From Proteobacteria bacterium HN_bin10 (GTDB lineage: Bacteria; Pseudomonadota; Alphaproteobacteria; Caulobacterales; Aquidulcibacteraceae), in the NCBI GenBank assembly GCA_002083515.1, contig LWDN01000051.1, positions 27,561 to 91,560 of the forward strand: a stretch of 64,000 nucleotides of DNA, read 5' to 3'. The position numbers and the translations under genes were made by a program. The notes beneath the pieces are model-generated. The model did not search any database, had not been told where the DNA came from, and worked only from the letters and a program-made list of their open reading frames with translations. Shown piece after piece: positions 1 through 10,120 of this stretch (positions are counted from its first letter, which is position 1; every line of letters begins with the position of its first letter).

Positions 1-1
1 G

Positions 2-283
2 ACCTCGGTCGCCGCCACCGCCGGCAACACCTCGGCCAGCTTCGGCATCGGCCTCCGCATCGTCGGAAAGTCGGGCGCCGGCCAGGCGCCCGCCTCCGCC
101 GCAACCCGCACCTACACCTGGGGAGCGGCCGCCATTTCGGTGCTCAAGGCGGGCTTCGCCGATCCCGTCCGGCTCGAGGCCGAATCCGGCCTCTACTGGT
201 TCTCCGCCAGCCGCGATGGCCAGTCCTTCCGCATCGCCGTCGCCTCCCGCTCGGGCGCCGTGGTCAGGGTCGAGCCGGCCTGA
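2..283 (+). CDS. Partial (3' end) hypothetical protein, possibly with a PepSY-like C-terminus
   Basis: Frame 2 is open from the window start to TGA at 281-283 (...LKAGFADPVRLEAESGLYWFSASRDGQSFRIAVASRSGAVVRVEPA*) with strong GC3 bias. Confidence 0.6.
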   Translation, partial: TSVAATAGNTSASFGIGLRIVGKSGAGQAPASAATRTYTWGAAAISVLKAGFADPVRLEAESGLYWFSASRDGQSFRIAVASRSGAVVRVEPA

Positions 284-365
284 CCGCGATCTCCGTCGTC
301 GATCTGGTGCTGCACCGCAAAAGGTCCTATAGGCAGCGCCACATCCCCCATCGACTGAGGCCGCC

Positions 366-3056
366 ATGTCCCTCGACAGCTTCAAATCCCGCAAGACGCT
401 GAAGGTCGGTTCCCGCACCTATCGCTATTTCAGCCTGAAGGCCGCCGAGAAGAACGGCCTTCCCGGCATTTCCCGCCTGCCCTATTCGCTCAAGGTCCTG
501 GTCGAGAACCTGCTCCGCCACGAGGATGGCCGCACGGTGACGAAGGAAGCGATCGCCGCCACCGCCCGCTGGCTCGACAATCGCGGCCGCGCCGAGGCCG
601 AGGTGGGCTTCCGCCCGGCGCGGGTGCTGATGCAGGATTTCACCGGCGTGCCGGCGGTCGTGGACCTCGCGGCGATGCGCGACGCGGCGGCGAAACTGGG
701 CGCCGATCCTGAGCGCATCAATCCGCTGGTGCCGGTCGATCTCGTTATCGATCACTCGGTGATGGTCGATCACTTCGCCAGCGACAACGCCTTCAAACAA
801 AACGTCGACCTCGAATATCAGCGCAACGGCGAGCGCTACCAATTCCTCCGATGGGGGCAACAGGCGTTCAAGAATTTCCGCGTCGTCCCGCCGGGGACAG
901 GCATCTGCCACCAGGTGAATCTCGAATATCTCGGTCAATCGGTTTGGACGCGCGAAGACGATGGCCAGACCTTCGCCTACCCCGACACGGTCGTCGGCAC
1001 CGACAGCCACACCACCATGATCAACGGCATCGGCGTGCTGGGCTGGGGCGTTGGCGGCATCGAGGCGGAAGCGGCGATGCTTGGCCAGCCAGTATCGATG
1101 CTTATTCCCGAAGTGATTGGCTTCCGCTTAACCGGCAAGCTGCCGGAAGGCGCTACGGCCACGGATCTTGTGCTGACGGTCACACAGATGCTCCGGAAGA
1201 AGGGCGTCGTCGGTAAGTTCGTGGAATTCTTCGGCCCCGGCCTCGACACGATGAGCGTCGAGGATCGCGCCACCATCGCCAACATGGCGCCTGAATACGG
1301 CGCGACCTGCGGCTTCTTTCCGGTCGATGGCAAGACCATCGACTATTTGCGGGCAACCGGGCGCGATGCTGCGCGCGTTGCCCTGGTCGAGGCTTACTGC
1401 AAGCAGCAAGGCCTGTGGCGTACTGAGATTGAGCCGGAGTTCACCGACACGCTGGAGCTCTCGCTCGCCGACGTGCGCCCTTCGTTGGCGGGACCTAAGC
1501 GCCCGCAGGATCGCGTCGTCCTCGGTGCGCTGGCCGACGGTTTCACCAAGGCGATGACCGAGGAATTCAAGAAAGGCGCCGAACTCAAGAAGCGCGCGCC
1601 TGTCGCGGACGCCAACCACGACATCGGCCACGGCGATGTGGTGATCGCCGCCATCACTTCCTGCACCAACACCTCGAACCCATCGGTGCTGATCGCCGCG
1701 GGCCTGCTCGCGCGCAATGCGGTGGCGCGTGGCCTCAAAACCAAGCCGTGGGTGAAGACCTCGCTGGCGCCGGGAAGTCAGGTCGTCACCGACTATCTCG
1801 CGAAAGCGGGCCTAACCGACGACCTCGACGCGCTCGGATTCAATCTGGTTGGGTACGGTTGCACGACCTGCATCGGCAATTCCGGTCCGCTGCCGCCGGC
1901 CATTTCCGCAGCGGTTTCTGAGAATGACCTCGTCGTCGCTTCTGTGCTGTCGGGCAACCGCAACTTCGAAGGCCGAGTGAACCAGGACGTGCGGGCCAAC
2001 TACCTCGCTTCGCCGCCACTGGTCGTCGCCTACGCGCTGGCGGGCTCGGTCTACAGCAATTTGGAAACCGAGCCATTGGGCACGGGCAAGGACGCGCGGC
2101 CGGTCTATCTTCGTGACATCTGGCCGACCAATGCCGAGATCGAAGAGGTGGTGCGCGCGTCGGTGACGCCCGAGATGTTTGCGTCGCGCTATGGCGATGT
2201 CTTCAAGGGCGACAAGCACTGGCAGGCCATCAAGGTCACGCCGGGCCGCACGTACGCGTGGGACATCGGCTCGACCTATGTGAAGCACCCGCCCTATTTC
2301 GAGGGCATGAGCATGACCCCGGCGCCGATCAAAGATGTGAAGGACGCGCGTATACTAGCGCTGTTCGGCGACAGCATCACCACCGACCACATCAGCCCCG
2401 CCGGCAACATCAAGAAGGCATCTCCCGCCGGGCGCTATCTGAGCGAGCATCAGGTCGCACAGGGAGACTTCAATTCCTACGGCGCGCGCCGCGGCAATCA
2501 CGAAGTCATGATGCGCGGCACCTTCGCGAACATTCGCATCAAGAACGCCATGGTGAGGGACGCTAGCGGCGCCGTCATCGAGGCGCCGGACACGATCCAT
2601 TATCCATCAGGCGAGCGCCTCGCCATGTATGACGCCGCCATGCGCTACCAGGCTGAGGGGCGCGAGCTGGTTGTCTTCGCGGGCAAAGAATACGGAACCG
2701 GCTCCTCGCGCGACTGGGCGGCGAAGGGAACGACATTGCTTGGCGTGCGGGCGGTCATAGCCGAGAGCTTCGAGCGCATCCACCGGTCTAATCTGATCGG
2801 CATGGGCGTGCTGCCGCTGCAATTCATCGACGGCCAGAGCTGGTCCGGGCTGGGGCTGAGCGGCCGGGAAACGGTATCGATCTCCGGCCTCGGCGCACTT
2901 GGCCCACGGCAAACGATCACGCTCCGGATCACTCGCCCCGACGGCCAGACCGACGAAGTCGCGGTCAGATGCCGGATCGACACCGAGAACGAGGTGGAAT
3001 ACTTCCGAAACGGGGGAATTCTGCACTATGTGCTGCGCGGTCTGGCGAAGAGCTGA
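366..3056 (+). CDS. acnA: Aconitate hydratase A
   Basis: 896 aa; [60 protein letters not shown]. Confidence 0.98.
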   Translation: MSLDSFKSRKTLKVGSRTYRYFSLKAAEKNGLPGISRLPYSLKVLVENLLRHEDGRTVTKEAIAATARWLDNRGRAEAEVGFRPARVLMQDFTGVPAVVDLAAMRDAAAKLGADPERINPLVPVDLVIDHSVMVDHFASDNAFKQNVDLEYQRNGERYQFLRWGQQAFKNFRVVPPGTGICHQVNLEYLGQSVWTREDDGQTFAYPDTVVGTDSHTTMINGIGVLGWGVGGIEAEAAMLGQPVSMLIPEVIGFRLTGKLPEGATATDLVLTVTQMLRKKGVVGKFVEFFGPGLDTMSVEDRATIANMAPEYGATCGFFPVDGKTIDYLRATGRDAARVALVEAYCKQQGLWRTEIEPEFTDTLELSLADVRPSLAGPKRPQDRVVLGALADGFTKAMTEEFKKGAELKKRAPVADANHDIGHGDVVIAAITSCTNTSNPSVLIAAGLLARNAVARGLKTKPWVKTSLAPGSQVVTDYLAKAGLTDDLDALGFNLVGYGCTTCIGNSGPLPPAISAAVSENDLVVASVLSGNRNFEGRVNQDVRANYLASPPLVVAYALAGSVYSNLETEPLGTGKDARPVYLRDIWPTNAEIEEVVRASVTPEMFASRYGDVFKGDKHWQAIKVTPGRTYAWDIGSTYVKHPPYFEGMSMTPAPIKDVKDARILALFGDSITTDHISPAGNIKKASPAGRYLSEHQVAQGDFNSYGARRGNHEVMMRGTFANIRIKNAMVRDASGAVIEAPDTIHYPSGERLAMYDAAMRYQAEGRELVVFAGKEYGTGSSRDWAAKGTTLLGVRAVIAESFERIHRSNLIGMGVLPLQFIDGQSWSGLGLSGRETVSISGLGALGPRQTITLRITRPDGQTDEVAVRCRIDTENEVEYFRNGGILHYVLRGLAKS

Positions 3057-3122
3057 GCCCTGGCCCGTTCGTAACGGCGGTTTGATTAGAACCGCCGCGC
3101 CGGGCTCGTCATGTTGCCCGGC

Positions 3123-3854
3123 ATGATCGCCCGTATCGTTGCCGTGGCGCTTGTCGCCTTGGCGGCGGCCGCTCCCGCTCACGCCCAGACGCAGGGGCAG
3201 CGCGCGGAAATGGTCGTTGAACTCTACACCCACCAGGGATGCACCCAGTGCCCGCGCGCCAACCGGTTGCTGGGCGTGTTTTCGCGGGAGCAAGGCGTGC
3301 TGGCGCTGACCTTCCCAGTCGGCATCTGGGACTACCTCGGTTGGCATGACACGTACGCGCAGCCGGAATTCTCGAGCCGCCAGCGGGCTTACTCGCAAGC
3401 GCTGCGCGTGCGGGGCCGATATACGCCGCAGCTGGTGGTCAACGGCGCGAGTACGGTGAGCGCTTCGGACTGGGACGAAGCACGCGCGATCTACGACGAA
3501 CAGAAGCGCGCCGGCTGGCCTCAGAATGCCCCTGACGTCTCGCTGACCCTGCTGCGCAATGGCCGCGCCCGCGCCACCGTCGGCTCAGGAGTCAGCGGCG
3601 CGAATGCGGACATCTGGATGCTCGCCTACGATCCCGGCCCCATCACGGTTGTCATAACTGGCGGCATCAATCGCAACCGCAGCGTGCCGCACTACAATCT
3701 AGTCAAGTGGATAGAGCGGGTGGGCACATGGGATGGTCCAGGGTCTTGGCACGAGCGTCCCCGTTGCCAACCCGAATGCGCCGTCATTGTGCAGGAGCCC
3801 AATGGCGGCCGCATACTGGCGGCCGCGTTCACCTACCGGCCAACGCGCTACTGA
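3123..3854 (+). CDS. DUF1223 thioredoxin-like secreted protein
   Basis: Signal peptide; VVELYTHQGCTQCP, WDYLGWHD, YTPQLVVNG; start 3111 or 3123. Confidence 0.88.
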   Translation: MIARIVAVALVALAAAAPAHAQTQGQRAEMVVELYTHQGCTQCPRANRLLGVFSREQGVLALTFPVGIWDYLGWHDTYAQPEFSSRQRAYSQALRVRGRYTPQLVVNGASTVSASDWDEARAIYDEQKRAGWPQNAPDVSLTLLRNGRARATVGSGVSGANADIWMLAYDPGPITVVITGGINRNRSVPHYNLVKWIERVGTWDGPGSWHERPRCQPECAVIVQEPNGGRILAAAFTYRPTRY

Positions 3855-3857
3855 GCT

Positions 3858-4865
3858 CTATTGTGCGCCGGGCACGAGGCGGCTGAGCGGCGCCGCGAGG
3901 GCCTCTGCTTCGCTGTCGCTGAGAGCATAGGCCCAGGCGGCGGATCGGTTGTTGATCTCCAGCGCCGCCGGCTCTTGCTCGGGCGCGCCAGCGCGCGCAA
4001 CGAGCTTCACCCAGGTGCGATTGTCGCTCACGATCAATTCGGCATCGATGGCGACGCCGTCGAAGGTTGTCGCCCGCACGCGCGCACGCGGCGGCCCTTG
4101 AATGGCGGGCGCCGTTCGCACGTCCACGGGCTGCAACTGCGTCAGGCGCTCGGCGGTAGAGGTTACCGTCGACTGCGCCAAAGACGCCAAGGCCGGGGCC
4201 GCAATGCGCCAGGGCTGATCGGCGCCGTCGCGGGCGAGAATGTAGGCGCGGCCCTCCGCCGGCACGATCTCGACGCGCGCCAGGCGTTCGGCGGCGATGT
4301 TTAAAGGTTGCAGGTCCATCCAGGTCGCCACGTCGCGCAACGGCGGCAGTTCGCCATCGGCCGCCCAGGTTTGCGCCTCGCCGGGGCGCCGCACGTAGAG
4401 GCCGTTGGTTTCGACGCCCAGGATCAGGTTGACCAGCAAGGCGCCGCGACCGTCTTCTACCTGAATCAAAATCCCCCGGCCGCCCTCGCGTGGATCGGTG
4501 ACGCCCAGACGCTCGTGCTTCGAGGCGTCGCTGGTCATGCGCCGCAGATAGCGCAGGCTCTCCAAGCCTTCCGTCAGTTGCGCCAGACGCCCCGACAAGA
4601 CGGGGTAGCCGTCGCGATCCCGCATCGCCCAGCCCTGCTGCGTGCGTTCGATTCTGTAGGTCGCTTCCGCGCTGGTCACGGAGATACGCTGGGCGCCGCC
4701 GATGGTCTCCGCCAGCCCGGGCAAAACGGGGCCGGACGCGTTGTTGGGATCCAATCCCCGCGACTCGATCGCCAGCGTCACTGCGGCAATCACCGTAAGC
4801 GCGCCCGCGATCAGGAACAAAGATAGCGAACGCGCCCTGCGCCGCTCCCCCAGGCCAGCCGTCAT
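3858..4865 (-). CDS. DUF4340 domain protein of a Gld-like ABC system
   Basis: One N-terminal TM helix then a duplicated periplasmic domain; last gene of the gldA/F/G-like operon, overlapping the upstream stop. Confidence 0.8.
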   Translation of the reverse strand: MTAGLGERRRARSLSLFLIAGALTVIAAVTLAIESRGLDPNNASGPVLPGLAETIGGAQRISVTSAEATYRIERTQQGWAMRDRDGYPVLSGRLAQLTEGLESLRYLRRMTSDASKHERLGVTDPREGGRGILIQVEDGRGALLVNLILGVETNGLYVRRPGEAQTWAADGELPPLRDVATWMDLQPLNIAAERLARVEIVPAEGRAYILARDGADQPWRIAAPALASLAQSTVTSTAERLTQLQPVDVRTAPAIQGPPRARVRATTFDGVAIDAELIVSDNRTWVKLVARAGAPEQEPAALEINNRSAAWAYALSDSEAEALAAPLSRLVPGAQ

Positions 4866-6802
4866 GATCGCGCACTCCCGCGCCGCTGACGGCGCCAGAA
4901 TAGGAACAGACCAGCGCCAGCGATCAGCAACGGCGCCAGCCAGACGTTGATGAAAAGAACAATCGCCTGCAGCCGGTCGATATCGCCGCGAAGGTCGCGG
5001 ACGAGACCGCGCAGCTCGGTGCGAATTTCGCCTTCGCGGGTGCGGAAGCGGTCGACCTCCTGCTGTTCTTCAGGCGTAAGCTCAGCGCCCAGATCGCCGG
5101 CGAAGAACCCCGAACCGCGGCCGCGCGCCTGCAATTGCTCCAGCCGGGCTTGCGTTTGCTGCAGATCGGCTTCGAGCTCTTGCTGACGGCTTTCGATGCG
5201 TCGCTGCGCATCGCGCTCCATGTCTTCGACCAGTTCCATGCGCCGTTGCGCGGGCGCGCGGGAGCGCAAAGAAACAAGCGCATCGGAGCCACCGAGCACG
5301 TCGATGGCATTCAATGCGAACGCGGCGTTGTCCGCCGCGGTGGCGCCACTTTGGGGATCGACGTAAAAATCGTCCGCCAGGAAATCGACATCGGAAACGA
5401 TCACGATTTGCGCCGGAACTGCCGATTGCGTCAGCGGCGGCGCCGCCTCCTCCGTCTCTGGCTCGACCGGCGCGGCGCCGGCCTCGGCCGCCTCAGGCGC
5501 CGGATCGGCGGGGCGCCCTTCTGGGTATGCACTGGTGAGCTGACCGGAGAGGCGCAGCGCAATCGTCTCAACCCGTCCGCCGCTCGATGGCCACATGGCG
5601 TTGATGTCCATCGGCGAGGGACGCATCAGCGCCTGCTCGCTCGGCAGGCGCATGGTCCGGCCGCTCGTGCGCGCGAGCGGCTGAATCTCCACGCCGTCCT
5701 TGCGCGTGTAGGTGAGCCCGCCAGCGAGACCGAAATTGATGCCGCGCCGCAGCCAAGCGGTCATCAGATCTTCGCGATCCAGTCGCTCCGCCGGAATCTG
5801 GAAGAAGAGCGGCTGCGGCGCTTGGCCGGTCTGGCCGGTCACGGGGTCCTGCACTTGCACGGGCAGCGCGCCCTCGCCGTCGAGGACGACGCTCGGCGCC
5901 ATGGTCACGCCCCACGCGCCCAGCAATGGCCCCAATGTTGAAGAGGTTGGCATCGGCGCGACAGGACTGAACGGATCGAAGCCGCCCCCGGACTGCTGCG
6001 CCGTCAACGAGGCGGGATCGAGCGCGATAAAGGCCCGCCCCTTGCGCAGGATGAATTGATCGATCGCGAACAATTGTTGCGGCGACAGCGCTCCCGGATG
6101 CACGATGGCCAGCACATCCGCATCCGCCGGTATCGCTATGAAATCGGGCGCGAGTCTTGTGACGTCGAGCAAGCGACCCATTTCGACGGCAAACACCGAT
6201 TGGGCGGATGCGCCGAATGTCGGATCGGCCGCCGCCGCCGGGTCGATCGGCAACGACGTGATCAGCGCCACCCGGGTGCGGCTCGGGTTCTCAAGTTCGA
6301 AGATGAGGCGCGTGATCTCGTATTCCAGGAAGGGTTCGCGTTGCGGATCGAACACCGGGATCGTTCGGCTGTCGTCGATCGCATTGGCGCCGGTGAGACC
6401 GAAATAGACCGGGTCCGCGCCCTCGAACAAACGCAACGGTTGTATGCCCGCCTCGGCCGCCGCGTCCTCGGCTTCCGTGAACGGCTCGACATTGACTTCC
6501 GAAAACCGAACCTTGCCGCCCGACTGCGCCTGAAACGTCTGCAGCATTTCGCGCACGCGCGAAGCATAAGTCTGCAATTGGGGAGCAGCGCGCGCCGCGT
6601 CTCGCGAATAGTAGAGCGTCAGTTGCACCGGCTCGGACAGGTCGCGCAGCGTCTGCCGCGTCCCCTGACTGATCGAGTAGAGCTGATTTTCTGTCAGATC
6701 GAGCCGCCATGACCGAAACCACGAATTGACGATCAGGTTCGAAGCCACAAACGAGACCAGCAAAGCCAGCGCAGCAAACAGCGCGTAACGGCGAGCGCTC
6801 AT
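4862..6802 (-). CDS. GldG-family ABC transporter auxiliary component
   Basis: RLDLTENQLYSISQGT, FLEYEITRLI, IDQFILRKG, NAIDVLGGSDALVSLRSR, coiled coil, C-terminal TM. Confidence 0.9.
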   Translation of the reverse strand: MSARRYALFAALALLVSFVASNLIVNSWFRSWRLDLTENQLYSISQGTRQTLRDLSEPVQLTLYYSRDAARAAPQLQTYASRVREMLQTFQAQSGGKVRFSEVNVEPFTEAEDAAAEAGIQPLRLFEGADPVYFGLTGANAIDDSRTIPVFDPQREPFLEYEITRLIFELENPSRTRVALITSLPIDPAAAADPTFGASAQSVFAVEMGRLLDVTRLAPDFIAIPADADVLAIVHPGALSPQQLFAIDQFILRKGRAFIALDPASLTAQQSGGGFDPFSPVAPMPTSSTLGPLLGAWGVTMAPSVVLDGEGALPVQVQDPVTGQTGQAPQPLFFQIPAERLDREDLMTAWLRRGINFGLAGGLTYTRKDGVEIQPLARTSGRTMRLPSEQALMRPSPMDINAMWPSSGGRVETIALRLSGQLTSAYPEGRPADPAPEAAEAGAAPVEPETEEAAPPLTQSAVPAQIVIVSDVDFLADDFYVDPQSGATAADNAAFALNAIDVLGGSDALVSLRSRAPAQRRMELVEDMERDAQRRIESRQQELEADLQQTQARLEQLQARGRGSGFFAGDLGAELTPEEQQEVDRFRTREGEIRTELRGLVRDLRGDIDRLQAIVLFINVWLAPLLIAGAGLFLFWRRQRRGSARS

Positions 6803-6806
6803 GATC

Positions 6807-7555
6807 TCAGCCTCCCCGCCGCGCGTCGACCGCCAAAGCGGTGAAGGCCAGGCAAAGCCCGATCAGGGATGCGAAATAGAACACCGAGCGAAACTCCACG
6901 ACCCCGCGCTGAGCGGCGTCGAAGTGATGCAGAATCGAAAAGCGCGCGACGGCTTCCGCAACCGCGCCGGGAACGAAAGTGCTGAAGAAATCGAGCACCA
7001 GCGGCAGACCCAGCGCCGTGAGCAAGAACGACACGAGCACCGAGAGCACAAATGCCACGATCTGCGCCTGCGTCAGCGCCGACATCGCAGAGCCGATGGC
7101 GATGTAAGCGCCCGCCATCAAGAGGCTGGCCAGATAGGCGGTGAAGATCGCGGCGTTGTCCGGCGACCCAAGCGCGTTCACCGTCGCCCACAACGGCGCA
7201 GTGAGCAACAAGGCGGCGCCCGCCACCGTCCAAGCGGCTAGAAACTTGCCGAGCACCAGCGACCAAGTCGGCGCCGGCAGCGTCATCAGCAATTCAATGG
7301 CCCCCGAGCGGCTCTCCTCGGCCCATAGCCGCATCGCGACCGCGGGCAAGAAGACCATGAATATCCAAGGATGGAACGCGAAGAAGCCGCTCAAATCGGC
7401 GCGCCGCGCTTCGAAGAAGCCGCCAATCTGGAACGTGAACAAGCCGATCGCGAACAGAAACACGGCCACGAAAACGTAGGCCGTTGGCGTCGTCACGTAG
7501 GAGAGCAACTCTCGTCTATAGATCGCGAGCATGCTGGCGAGGCCGGGGCGTTTCT

Positions 7556-7559
<4 letters not shown>
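6807..7559 (-). CDS. ABC-2 type permease (GldF-like)
   Basis: RRELLSY..TPTAYVF, AMRLWAEESRSGAIELLMTLP, GKFLAAW; ATG at 7559 overlaps the upstream TGA (ATGA). Confidence 0.9.
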
Positions 7560-8278
<719 letters not shown>

Positions 8279-8348
8279 GTGGATTGAGTTCCCCGCTCGA
8301 AATCGAGCGCCGCTCTTAAGGTGGATCGCCCGAAAACGCTACCGCTTC

Positions 8349-8457
8349 TTATCCACAGGAGCCGCGAATCAGTTTGGGCATCGAAACGTGCGCGCGAACC
8401 CTACGTCGGACCGATCGAACCGCCTGAAGGGATCGCCCTGTCTGGGGATTATCCACG
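8349..8457 (+). promoter_or_regulatory. DnaA-box pair
   Basis: TTATCCACA at 8349-8357 and TTATCCACG at 8449-8457 in intergenic DNA. Confidence 0.4.
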
Positions 8458-8530
8458 CCCCATCGGCGCCCCGCACGCGTCCTCAGAGTGGGCGCAAACC
8501 CTCATGCCACAAGGCTTTTACGCCCCGCAT

Positions 8531-8560
8531 ACGACAAAGCCCGCGACGGGCGCGGGCTTA
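8531..8560 (-). terminator. Intrinsic terminator of the putative sRNA
   Basis: Minus strand AAGCCCGCG-CCCGT-CGCGGGCTT followed by TGTCGT. Confidence 0.65.
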
Positions 8561-8652
8561 TTGGAAGCAGTGTGACCAGCCGAAGCGCGTACCCCGGGGG
8601 GCTGGGGGGGCTGATGGATACCGGAGCACGAGCATTTCTCCGGCTGGCCACG
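8531..8652 (-). ncRNA. Structured small RNA, resembling the alphaproteobacterial BjrC1505 family
   Basis: Minus-strand nested stems GUGGCCAGCCG/CGGCUGGUCAC and CGUGCUCCGG/CCGGGGUACG (G-U wobbles work only on this strand), C-rich loop, terminator hairpin; family name is from recollection only. Confidence 0.7.
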
Positions 8653-8779
8653 AAACTAGGTTCGCGCCGCAATGGGGCCAGGGCAAGTATAAAGTTTGTC
8701 GGAATGTGGATGTGCAATATTTGTAATACTGTAACCCATATGCTCCGCTGAGGCAGATGAGGGGCGCGAGCCGACAAGC

Positions 8780-9088
8780 ATGCAGAGGCGTACCGTATTT
8801 TTCGAGCGCGCGGAACTGGACAGCCTCTTTCGCCTCTATGGCCGGATGGTCGCAGCCGGCGAATGGCGCGATTACGCCCTCGACGCTCTTCCCGACCGCG
8901 CCCTGTTCAGCGTCTACCGCCGCACCAGCGAGGCGCCGCTCTATCAAATCGAAAAGCGCCCCGAGGACGCCCGTCGGCAGGGTCCCTACGCCGTCCGGGC
9001 CATCGATGGGCGCATCCTTCGGCGAGGCCACGATCTCGCCCGGGTGCTTGACGTGCTGACGCCGAAGCGAATGCAGATCGTGGACTAA
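8780..9088 (+). CDS. DUF2794 family protein
   Basis: FERAEL..LYGRMVAAGEWRDYALD, PLYQIEKRP, GRILRRGHDLARVL. Confidence 0.9.
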   Translation: MQRRTVFFERAELDSLFRLYGRMVAAGEWRDYALDALPDRALFSVYRRTSEAPLYQIEKRPEDARRQGPYAVRAIDGRILRRGHDLARVLDVLTPKRMQIVD

Positions 9089-9090
9089 GC

Positions 9091-9120
9091 AAAACGCCCC
9101 AGCCTGGAGGGGCCGGGGCG
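9091..9120 (-). terminator. Intrinsic terminator between convergent genes
   Basis: Minus strand CGCCCCGGCC..GGCTGGGGCG-TTTT. Confidence 0.6.
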
Positions 9121-9145
9121 CTGCGTTGAACCTGCTCGACGGGTC

Positions 9146-9880
9146 TCAATTGCGCGGCGAAAGCAAGCTCAGGATGAACTGAAACAGGTTGATGAAGTTG
9201 ATGTACAGGCTGAGAGCGCCGTACGTCGTGGCGACGGACATCGCCCGTTGGTCTCCACCCAGCTGGTAGTACATGAACTTCAGGCGCTGGGTGTCGAAGG
9301 CGACCAAGCCCGCGAAAACCAGCACGCCGATCACCGAAATCGCGAAGCTCAGCGCCGATGAGGCGATGAACAGGTTCACGATGGACGCGATGATGAGGCC
9401 GATAAGGCCCATGATCAGGAACGTGCCAAAGCCGGTTAGATCGCGCTTGGTCGTATAGCCCCAGAGGCTAAGACCGCCGAATGCCGCTGACGTCACCAGG
9501 AACGCCTTGGCGACGATCACCATGCCGCCGTCGATGCGACCGTAATAGGAAACCAAAGCGCCCATGCCGACGCCGATCAACGCGACGACGCTCCAGTAAA
9601 CCAGGTTCGCCGACATCGGCGATGGGTTGCGCATGACGAAGCTCGCCACGAGTAGGATCGCCAGCGGGCCGAACATCACCAAGTAGGCTTGGGGACCGGA
9701 GAAGATCGCGGCCATCAAAGCCGGCGTCGTCCCGACAACCCAGGCGAGGCCGGCAGTCAGCGCCAGACCCAACGCCATCTTGTTGTAGATGCCGAGCATG
9801 AAGGATCGCAGGCCCGCATCGACCGCCATGTCCGCGCGGCCGGCCGGGATCGACCCCGTTTGGAAGTGGTAGTCGCTCAT
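9146..9880 (-). CDS. Bax inhibitor-1/YccA family membrane protein
   Basis: About 7 TM helices; DAGLRSFM, GYTTKRDL, FDTQRLK, GALSLYINFINLF; SD GAGGAGG before ATG 9880. Confidence 0.93.
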   Translation of the reverse strand: MSDYHFQTGSIPAGRADMAVDAGLRSFMLGIYNKMALGLALTAGLAWVVGTTPALMAAIFSGPQAYLVMFGPLAILLVASFVMRNPSPMSANLVYWSVVALIGVGMGALVSYYGRIDGGMVIVAKAFLVTSAAFGGLSLWGYTTKRDLTGFGTFLIMGLIGLIIASIVNLFIASSALSFAISVIGVLVFAGLVAFDTQRLKFMYYQLGGDQRAMSVATTYGALSLYINFINLFQFILSLLSPRN

Positions 9881-9927
9881 CCAGTTACCTCCTCGCCGCT
9901 CCCAGAATCCTGCGGCTGTGGCTGAGA

Positions 9928-9956
9928 ATATGGCCGCCCGATCGCCGGACCACAAG
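9928..9956 (-). promoter_or_regulatory. Possible RpoH (sigma32) promoter of the yccA-like gene
   Basis: Minus strand CTTG-N19-CCATAT. Confidence 0.35.
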
Positions 9957-10120
9957 GAATTGCCACGTCTTCGGGTTGCCTACCACCCGAAGCGAGGTCA
10001 AAATCATCATGGCGGATAGGAAAATGATCCCATCGCCGCAGCGCTCGGGCGCGAGTCGGCGGGGCGCCTAGCCCGGACGGTGTTCGAATCGCGCTACCAG
10101 CGGCGCGGAGGTAGGCCAGG

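Noticed and set aside
8279..8760. Replication origin
   Set aside because: Only one perfect and one near-perfect DnaA box, and none of the usual origin-flanking genes (hemE, dnaA, parAB).
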